22,511 nucleotides of DNA from Deltaproteobacteria bacterium TL4 (GTDB taxonomy: Bacteria > SAR324 > NAC60-12): positions 1-22,511 of the forward strand of contig JBBCAX010000063.1 of the NCBI GenBank assembly GCA_051382335.1, read 5' to 3'. The translations under genes and the position numbers were made by a program. Position 1 is the first letter of the stretch. The number at the start of each line of letters is the position of its first letter. The notes under the pieces are model-generated. The model made no database searches, was not told the DNA's origin, and saw only the letters and a list, made by a program, of their open reading frames with translations. Positions 1 to 7,600 of the stretch are shown one piece after another.

Positions 1-42
1 TAATTTTAATGCCTTTTCTGGAGATTGAGATTCTTCTGTCAT
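1..42 (-). CDS. 5' end of a gene running off the left edge (MTEESQSPEKALKL...), product unknown
   Basis: ATG at 42-40 preceded by an AAAGGAG Shine-Dalgarno (53-47). Open to the window edge for only 14 codons. Confidence 0.55.
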   Translation of the reverse strand, partial: MTEESQSPEKALKL

Positions 43-111
43 AAGACTCCTTTAGGGTTGGGGTTGAAGTCCTATGATAACTTTCTATCCTTCTGAAACA
101 CAATCTTTTTT

Positions 112-510
112 TTATGAGAAAGCCGTGGATGAACCCCCGCTGTTGATCGATACCGAAGGACTTGTGGGGGCCTGTGAATCTGTCGAAACCGGGGTTGAGG
201 TATCCGAAGAATCTGTGGTACTTGGGGTTGAGGTATCCGAAGAATCTGTGGAAGCCGGGGTTGAGGTATCAGAAGAACCACTGTCACCGCTATCGCCTCC
301 CTCGTCTTTTCCCTGCTCAGAGAGGACGCCCAGCACAACCACCGCGGCACCCACGGTTCCCGCAACGCCTCCGGGGCCTAATCCGCCTTCATTTTCTGTT
401 TCGCATTCATCTTCTTCCTCGCAGGTCGTTTTGACGGGTTCACCGCAGGTCACCAAAAGGAAACTGAGGAGCAACAGCAGCGTCAAAGGTCTTTTCAAAA
501 ATGTTTTCAT
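112..510 (-). CDS. Putative lipoprotein/exported Ser/Thr-rich protein (132 aa), possibly C-terminally truncated
   Basis: GGAG RBS before ATG 510. Signal peptide MKTFLKRPLTLLLLLSFLLVT-C with an atypical lipobox, an acidic CEEEDEC patch and three 11-aa S/T repeats. Ends abruptly at APTSPSVSINSGGSSTAFS. Confidence 0.7.
   Translation of the reverse strand: MKTFLKRPLTLLLLLSFLLVTCGEPVKTTCEEEDECETENEGGLGPGGVAGTVGAAVVVLGVLSEQGKDEGGDSGDSGSSDTSTPASTDSSDTSTPSTTDSSDTSTPVSTDSQAPTSPSVSINSGGSSTAFS
176..274. repeat. 3 x 33-bp imperfect tandem repeat encoding SDTSTPxxTDS
   Basis: Units gaatctgt(N7)ggggttgaggtatc(c/a)gaa at 176-208, 209-241 and 242-274. Confidence 0.95.
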
Positions 511-543
511 AAGGGTCTCCATGATATTTATGTTCATTGTAAC

Positions 544-727
544 TACTCAGGCAGAAGGCACAAAGGCACAAAGGCACAAAGGCACAAAGGCACAAAGGCA
601 CAAAGGCACAAAGTTGTTGGCGGGAAAATACAACATGTTGAACCGTTTCAGCAAAACAGGACGCACAAAACGATGGATGATTGCAAAAAACTTCTGCCTT
701 TGTGCCTTCTGCCTCTGTGCCTGAGTA
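544..727. mobile_element. MITE-like element with inverted ends TACTCAGGCA...TGCCTGAGTA built from octamer repeats
   Basis: The left end tactcaggcagaaggcacaaaggc and the reverse complement of the right end tactcaggcacagaggcagaaggcacaaaggcagaag share the terminus and the octamer units. Confidence 0.6.
555..610 (+). repeat. 7 perfect copies of AAGGCACA (VNTR)
   Basis: Direct count over 555-610. Degenerate inverted copies at 691-720. Confidence 0.97.
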
Positions 728-753
728 TCATTAAAAGGCTTCCAAGACACCGA

Positions 754-862
754 GTAAGATGTGTTAGCGAGCCTGCGAGCGTAACGCATCATGCCGATGC
801 TGGCTGATTGCGGATTAATGATGCTGATTGACGCGTTACGCCTGGCGGCTAACGCATCCTAC
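754..862. repeat. Inverted doublet of GTAG-type REP sequences (REPIN-like)
   Basis: GTAAGATGTGTTAGC...GCGTAACGCATC (754-790) and, on the minus strand, GTAGGATGCGTTAGC...GCGTAACGCGTC (862-830). Each is an imperfect hairpin with a GTAG/GTAA foot. Confidence 0.75.
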
Positions 863-2089
863 TCATTTTTGTTTGCTCAGCCAGGCCAGGACTTCTTTGG
901 CGTCCTTGTTTCCTCGGGACGCGGCTTGTTGGTAGAGTTGCTGGGCCTTGCCCAGATCCTGGGAGACTCCATACCCTTTGCGGTACATGGAGGCCAGATT
1001 GAATTGTGCCACGGCAAGGCCCTGAGTCGCTGCCTTTTGGTACCAGGCGGCAGCTTGTCGATCATCCTCTTTCACGCCCAAGCCGTGGTCAAACATGAAT
1101 CCGAGACGGTTTTGAGCCTTCTCGTTTCCTTGTTCCGCGGATCTTTGCCACCAAAACACGGCTTGAGCGTCATTACGGTCAAGGCCGTAGCCTTTGCGGT
1201 AGATCATTCCCAGATTGTACGTTCCTTGAGGGGACAGCCGTATTTCGTCCTGCATGCTTTTGAGGGAATTTCCCGTCAGGTATTGAGTTACCTGTTGACC
1301 GGCAGCGGCAGACGATCCCGAATGGTTTTCCACCGCGTCCGCCACTTCCTTCAGGATAATCCTGGCTTCCTGTTTGAGCGTGACCTTTTGGGGCGGCAAT
1401 TGACTTTGACTGACGCTGATATCAAACTCATGGGGGAGATAATTGTTTAACCGCAGAACCAGATGATGAGGACCAAAGGGCAGTTTCAAACGAGCTGGAG
1501 TCAGAAGCTCCGTGCCTTCGGTATCGCGTTGAGGTTGATCATCGACGCTGATGGCCGCTCCCGGAGGCGTTGTGAGAATTTCCAAATCACCGACTGTGGG
1601 CGCAGCGACAGGAGGAGGCGGAGTCGATACCCCAAGCAATTGGTCCGCCAATTGAGCGATCCGGCGATTCAGTTCTCCGATATTGCAGCCTTCGCACAGG
1701 TCGGTTTTGACCTGTGTGTCCTCCAGGGTAACCAAAGTCAGACTCAGTTGAGTGAAGCCTTCCTCTTCGATTACCTGCAGGACAAAGAGGCGTTCCACCT
1801 GCAACAATTCCTGTATTTTGCGGATGCAGTGCTCATCAGTACAAGTCGCCATATCCAATGTTTTGAACGCTTCTTCCTGGGCTTGTTCAAATTTTTGTTG
1901 TGAAATCAGGTTATAGCGCTGGGTCAGTTTTTCCTGAAACTTATTGAAAATAATCCCAATCTTCGCTTGAGAAACGTTTCCCAAAAACGCGATGGGAGCC
2001 ACAGCCGCCTCGGGTTTTTCTTCCTGGGACAGTGCTCCACCTGTCATCCACCAGCCTGCCAGCAACAGGATTATCCAAAATTTTCGCAT
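863..2089 (-). CDS. Secreted protein with a TolB_N/CsgG-like N-terminal domain, a PEGA domain and C-terminal Sel1-like repeats (408 aa)
   Basis: AAGGAG RBS before ATG 2089 (MRKFWIILLLAG..., signal peptide). PEGA motif GDLEILTTPPGAAISVDD...TPARLKLPFGPHHLVL. Three Sel1 repeats (NLGMIYRKGYG, NRLGFMFDHGLGV, FNLASMYRKGYGV). Confidence 0.85.
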   Translation of the reverse strand: MRKFWIILLLAGWWMTGGALSQEEKPEAAVAPIAFLGNVSQAKIGIIFNKFQEKLTQRYNLISQQKFEQAQEEAFKTLDMATCTDEHCIRKIQELLQVERLFVLQVIEEEGFTQLSLTLVTLEDTQVKTDLCEGCNIGELNRRIAQLADQLLGVSTPPPPVAAPTVGDLEILTTPPGAAISVDDQPQRDTEGTELLTPARLKLPFGPHHLVLRLNNYLPHEFDISVSQSQLPPQKVTLKQEARIILKEVADAVENHSGSSAAAGQQVTQYLTGNSLKSMQDEIRLSPQGTYNLGMIYRKGYGLDRNDAQAVFWWQRSAEQGNEKAQNRLGFMFDHGLGVKEDDRQAAAWYQKAATQGLAVAQFNLASMYRKGYGVSQDLGKAQQLYQQAASRGNKDAKEVLAWLSKQK

Positions 2090-2251
2090 ACTATCTCCTT
2101 TGGTTTTTATGATTTTATGATTGCCTGAGAACGTTATGACGTGTCCCCTTATTTTGCGGATGTTGGTCGTTGTCACTTTTTAACAGCGACTTCATAAGGA
2201 TGTCCTTACCAGGAAAAATATCAAAAAGACAGCCGATAAGCAATGGCCTGT

Positions 2252-2421
2252 AAATAACTTGTCGGCTATAGTCAGCATTTCGCCAGCGTCCCTTCGACTT
2301 CGCTCAGGGAACGGTCTCGGAGGCTGAGCGGAGTCGAAATAACTTGTCGGCTATAGTCAGCATTTCGCCAGCGTCCCTTCGACTTCGCTCAGGGAACGGT
2401 CTCGGAGGCTGAGCGGAGTCG
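2252..2421 (+). repeat. Perfect 85-bp tandem duplication containing the left end and internal hairpin of the GGCTATAG MITE family
   Basis: 2252-2336 is identical to 2337-2421. Each unit has ggctatagtcagcatttcgcca followed by ttcgacttcgctcag...ctgagcggagtcg. Confidence 0.95.
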
Positions 2422-2458
2422 AAGCCAGATTTCAAAGATTCTTGTCCTTGTTGTTCGT

Positions 2459-4051
2459 TCACTCGTTTGGTGATTCTTTCGCTAAAGTGGTCACAGTTAA
2501 AGAAGCCTTACTGGCGGGAGTGCCGCGTTGAAATAATTGCTGGATCAATTGCGGTGTGGTCAATTGAAACTCATTAAATCCGGATTCCCCCTGCTGACTT
2601 TCTATTTTAGGGAAGGGAGTGCGACTGGCAAAAGCCATGATCAGTTCGTGACCAAACGGAGCTTCCACCGTGAATTCCCAGTCAACTCCCAGAGGCGGAA
2701 ATTCCTGGGTCAGATTGGCGCTCACCCAACCGTCTTTGTCGGGACCATCAGGGAACAGATCCATCCAAAGCCCTTTCGCGTTGAGATAATACACCCGCAC
2801 GTAGCTATCATGATTGACTGAATAAAACAAGTGTAGTTTTTCTCCTTCTTTCAAGGTGATGTCTTGTCCTCGATCCGTCCAGATCTGAACGTCCAGAGAA
2901 CCACTTCTGGCGGAATCAGGCACCGCGGAGGCAGAGGAAAGGGCAAAGGTCCGCAAGGCTTCCTTCACCGGCGCGGACTTCTTGACTTCGGGAGCCAGAC
3001 GGTAATTCGGTAACTGAGACTTGGGAAGAATCACATTCTGTTGATCAAGCAACCGGTGTTCGCTGGAGTGAAATAGAGATAGTTTGAGTTCCAACATCTT
3101 ACCCGTATCCCAGATGGTCCCGCTCAGTACCACTTCTGCACCCATTGATTGTCCCAGTACAGCAGGACCTAGATCCGGACGGGTATCGGTGGTTGTGCTG
3201 CGCCGACCACCCCGGGTTCTGCTTTGACTGGTGATTTGTTCGGGCAGGATTAGCTCAAAGTTATGACGGATGGCTTGGGTTCGGATGTGTTCGGAAAGAT
3301 AAGCTGTCATCGGGCTTCCCAGACGAGAATCCTGGTAGGTCAGGTTTTCGAACAGGGTCTTGATCTTTTGCCCTGAAAAATAGCCCTGACTGTTTCGCAA
3401 TTCACAAAACAGCGTATCCAGCTTGCCGTTCATATCCACGATCAGCCATTCCCGTGGAATGTTTTCCCGGGGCAGAGTTACTTCAACGGAAGCCAGCGTG
3501 CCCCGAATGATTCGGGTGGTGGGATCCATCTCCAGCAGAGAGGCCTGAATTCTCAAGGTATCGTTGGTGAGTTGCAACGAACCGTTCAACAAGGCTTTGG
3601 GATTCTGAGGAACAATGGAAAAAGCACGGGACTGCTGCAATGGCGTGAGCAGGGACCGTTTCCATTCCTGTTCCAATTGACGGGAATCACACGGTTTGCC
3701 AAAATTTCCCAGTTCAACCGGCAACGATTGACTGGCCGGAAGGCTCTTTTCCAGATGCCAGATCAGCACCGTCGCAGCCTCAGCCAATGTTTCCGGAGCA
3801 TCCGGTTCGTCCGATCCCCAACTGAAAAAGGAAGCGCCAGGTTTGGCTTCGGAAACCACAGGAGCAGGAGACGCCACGGGATCCTTAACGGGTTCCGGTT
3901 TGGAGGGAGACGCAGTTTGTGAGGTTTCTGCCTCTGAAGTTTCCGCACGAGGCGGTATCGATTCCCATAGTCCACAGGAACCCAACAACATCATCACGAT
4001 CCCGAGGAGAGTGTGACCTAACCAGAACCGTCCTTTGATAAAAAATTCCAT
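2459..4051 (-). CDS. Lipoprotein with FlgO/TolB_N-like domains and a C-terminal DUF4384 domain (530 aa)
   Basis: GAAGGAG RBS, lipobox LLGS-C and a Pro/Ala linker. GAEVVLSGTIWDTGKMLELKLSL motif. C-terminus LDVQIWTDRG...KEGEKL...YVRVYYLNAKG...LFP...FTVEAPFGHELIMAFAS is typical of DUF4384. Confidence 0.8.
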   Translation of the reverse strand: MEFFIKGRFWLGHTLLGIVMMLLGSCGLWESIPPRAETSEAETSQTASPSKPEPVKDPVASPAPVVSEAKPGASFFSWGSDEPDAPETLAEAATVLIWHLEKSLPASQSLPVELGNFGKPCDSRQLEQEWKRSLLTPLQQSRAFSIVPQNPKALLNGSLQLTNDTLRIQASLLEMDPTTRIIRGTLASVEVTLPRENIPREWLIVDMNGKLDTLFCELRNSQGYFSGQKIKTLFENLTYQDSRLGSPMTAYLSEHIRTQAIRHNFELILPEQITSQSRTRGGRRSTTTDTRPDLGPAVLGQSMGAEVVLSGTIWDTGKMLELKLSLFHSSEHRLLDQQNVILPKSQLPNYRLAPEVKKSAPVKEALRTFALSSASAVPDSARSGSLDVQIWTDRGQDITLKEGEKLHLFYSVNHDSYVRVYYLNAKGLWMDLFPDGPDKDGWVSANLTQEFPPLGVDWEFTVEAPFGHELIMAFASRTPFPKIESQQGESGFNEFQLTTPQLIQQLFQRGTPASKASLTVTTLAKESPNE

Positions 4052-4203
4052 TTCCCTTCTCCTTCAATAGGCATCCTGCGTGGCGGCCAACCCCCCACAA
4101 TTCAAAATGGTTTTCGATTCTCAGACAGCTACCTGGACGAGTTAATTGAAAACCTCTTCGATTTTGGTCGCGGTTATAATACGTTCCAACAAGGGCTATC
4201 CAC

Positions 4204-4570
4204 TTAAGCCGATACACTTTGTAAATTCAAAGGGTTAGAAAAAACTCTTTTTTGAGATTTCCGTGGTAAAGGCAAATCCCCCATCTGTTCAACCAACGGC
4301 TATAGTCATCGTTTCGCCAAAAGGCAGTAATCTTTTGAATCCGGCTTCGACTCCGCTCAGCCTCCGAAACCGTTCCCTGAGCGGAGTCGAAGGGAACCTG
4401 GCGAAACGATGATTGTGGCCCAACCAACCAGGTAAACAAATCAGGAAAGGATCTTCCGAATAATCTTTCGGCAGCAGCAGTTCCATCGTCTCGTCTGGAA
4501 TCAAAATTGGAAATAACCGTTAAGGCTTTCAGACGAGTCGAGGAAAGTCCTCTGCGGCATGTTTTGAACG
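4204..4570 (-). pseudogene. 3' remnant of a DUF6399-type putative transposase, interrupted by a MITE and frameshifted
   Basis: RGLSSTRLKALTVISNFDSRRDDGTAAAERLFGRSFPDLFTWLV continues in frame as EQMGDLPLPRKS once the MITE and one target copy are removed. NPLNLQSVSA* follows in a shifted frame (stop 4206-4204). Family assignment is from recalled motif similarity. Confidence 0.7.
4298..4420. mobile_element. 123-bp MITE with 22-bp terminal inverted repeats and an 8-bp target site duplication
   Basis: TIR GGCTATAGTCATCGTTTCGCCA (4298-4319) matches the reverse complement of 4399-4420 at 19/22. CAACCAAC lies at 4290-4297 and 4421-4428. Internal palindrome CTTCGACTCCGCTCAG...CTGAGCGGAGTCGAAG. Confidence 0.9.
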
Positions 4571-4612
4571 ACCTAGTATAGCTATCAAATATCTTGACCA
4601 CTGCCTGCAAAA

Positions 4613-7600
4613 TCAGGCAGATTGTTTCAGTTCTTCAGCTTTCAGCTCATCCAAAGCTCTCCGGTATTCAACAGGGATCACCTTCACAAAATGTTTTAAA
4701 GTACGATCCCAGTCATTAAGAAGTGCATGTGCTTTGCTACTTCCTGTGAGAAACTGATGCTTACTGAGCAGCTCTTTTAACCATTGTATTTCTGTAGCGT
4801 CCGTTAAGGCTTCAAACTCAACCAACCCCTTATTGCATAATCGTTCAAAAGTACCCGCTTCATTATAAACATAGGCATAGCCGCCACTCATTCCAGCGGC
4901 AAAATTACGACCTGTAGGGCCCAAGACGACAATGCGCCCCCCTGTCATATATTCGCATCCATGATCGCCTATTCCTTCCACAACCGCAACAGCGCCACTG
5001 TTCCGAACAGCAAAACGTTCCCCGGCAAGCCCGTAAAAGAAAGCTTCGCCCCCTGTCGCGCCGTAGAGCACCGTGTTTCCTATGAGCACATTTTCCTCGG
5101 CTTTGAAACTTGACGACTTCGGCGGATAAATGACCAACCGTCCCCCACTCAAACCTTTACCTACGTAATCGTTGGCCTCTCCTTCCAGAGTCAAGGTAAC
5201 CCCCGCAGCAAGGAAAGCGCCAAAGCTTTGTCCCGCAGACCCTTTGAATTTACATTGGATGGTATTTTCGGGCAATCCCTCATTTCCATATTTCAACGCA
5301 ATCCGTCCACTCAGCATGGTTCCTACAGTGCGGTTAGTATTTGAGATGGGAAGTTCTATCGAAACAGGTGTTTTATTTTCAAGGGCCGCTTGGGATTGCG
5401 CTATTAACTGGTGATCCAATTGTGCCTCCAAACCGTGATTTTGCGGTCTTACATTATGACGTGGGACACTCTTTGAAACCTCAGGTTCATGCAACAGTTT
5501 CGATAAATCGAGGTGCTGCGATTTCCAATGCAGATTTTCGGTGCGTTGCTTCAACATATCGACACGACCCACCATTTCTTCAAACTTGCGAAACCCTAAA
5601 CTCGCCATGATTTCCCGGACTTCTTCGGCGACAAAGGAAAAATAATTAATCACATACTCCGGCTTGCCTATGAATTTTTTACGCAGTTCAGGGTTTTGCG
5701 TGGCAATTCCCACAGGACAGGTATTGAGGTGGCATTTCCGCATCATGATACATCCCATAGAAATCAAGGGAACCGTTGCAAAACCACATTCTTCCGCTCC
5801 CAACATTGCGGCAATCACCACATCTCGTCCTGTTTTGATCTGCCCATCTGTCTGTATTTTAACAACACCCCGGAGTCCATTTATCAGCAGGGTTTGGTGG
5901 GTTTCCGCCAAGCCCAGTTCCCAAGGCCCCCCCGCGTGTTTTATGGAAGTCAAAGGTGCGGCTCCGGTACCCCCTTCGCAACCTGAAATGACAATCAAAT
6001 CCGCGTGTGCTTTTGCGACACCTGCAGCAATGGTCCCAACGCCTGCTTCCGCGACAAGTTTCACCGTAATCCGTGCCTGGGGATTTGCGTTTTTAAGGTC
6101 AAAGATCAATTGTGCCAAATCTTCAATCGAATAAATATCATGATGAGGTGGCGGAGAAATAAGCTGTACGCCTGGTGTGGCATAACGAACCTTTGCGATA
6201 TCCTTGCTCACTTTCAAACCTGGAAGTTGTCCTCCTTCTCCGGGTTTTGCGCCTTGTGCGATCTTGATTTGAATATCGGCACAGTGGGTCAAATAGTTGA
6301 TGGTGACGCCAAAACGTGCTGAGGCCACTTGCTTGATGGCGCTACTGGCAGAATCGCCATTAGGTCGGGGAACAAAACGGTCCGTGTTTTCTCCACCTTC
6401 GCCACTGTTGCTTTTTCCTCCAATGCGATTCATCGCAATGGCCAGGGTTTCATGAGCTTCCAAACTGATAGAACCAAAGGACATGGCCCCCGTGACAAAA
6501 CGTTTTACAATTTCCGAGGCCGGTTCAACCTCTTCCAACGGAATAGGTTGCCCCGTTTTGAACTGTAATAAACTTCGAATATTTCCTTGATTTCGATCGT
6601 GGTTATTAAGTCGGTCCGCAAATTCCTTGTAGGCTTCTTTACTATTCTTCTGAGTCGCTGTTTGCAGGGCTTGAATCATCCCCGGGTTGATTTGATGAAA
6701 CTCACCTCGACGTCGCCAATAATACAGTCCTCCCAAGTCAAGGCTGTTTTCAACATCAGGCGATTGATTCATCGCGTTTTGATGACGTAATAACGACTCT
6801 TTAGCAATTTCCCTGATCCCAATACCACCAATCTTCGTAGGTGTTCCTGTAAAATGCTGCTGCACTAAGTCATCACTCAAACCTATGACTTCAAACACCT
6901 GAGCCCCACGGTAACTTTGAATGGTGGAAATTCCCATTTTTGAAAAAATCTTGAACAACCCCTTTTTAATGGCTTTTAAATAGTGTTCAATGGCGATTTC
7001 TTTGGTGATTTCAGCAGGAAAGATCCCTTCCATACGCATCTGTTCAATCGATTCCATGGCCAGGTAGGGGTTGATCGCCCCTGCGCCATAACCAATCAAA
7101 ACCGCAAAATGCGCGATTTCTCGGGGTTCCCCTGTTTCCAGGATCAGACTGGTCAAGGTCCTTATGCCTTTTTGAACTAAATGGTTATGTAAGGCCCCAA
7201 TCACCAACAACGCAGGAATAGGAACCCATTTTTCATTCACACCACGGTCACTCAAAATTAAAAAAGTATGCCCCTCTTTGGCCGCTATTTCCGCATTGAG
7301 GCATAACAATTCCAACGCTTTTTCCATTTCATTCTCTTCAGCGGATTTCCTGAAGAGAATGGGAAGGGTCTTACTTTTGAAATCTTCACGATCCAATTGG
7401 CGAATTTTTTCCAACTGTTCATTGGTAATCACAGGATGTCCCAACTGAAGTAATTTTGCGTGTTCAGGCGTTTGTTCCAGGATATTCCGCTCTTTTCCCA
7501 AGTGACTGAGCAAGGACATCACCAGTTCTTCTCGAATGGGATCAATCGCGGGATTGGTGACCTGAGCAAAAACCTGTCGAAAATAGTTATACAGAACATG

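Noticed and set aside
74..724. 216-aa plus-strand ORF and the 547..792 ORF with HKGTKAQR/LCLCAFVP repeats
   Set aside because: They are antisense to the lipoprotein gene and/or translations of the octamer repeat, with no independent coding signal.
791..1903. Plus-strand ORFs 791..1450 and 1463..1903
   Set aside because: Antisense shadows of the PEGA/Sel1 gene.
2252..2421. Possible CRISPR array
   Set aside because: Two identical 85-bp units with no unique spacers and no cas genes. This is a tandem duplication.
4227..4610. 127-aa ORF as an intact gene
   Set aside because: It is a chimera of a transposase fragment and read-through across the MITE.
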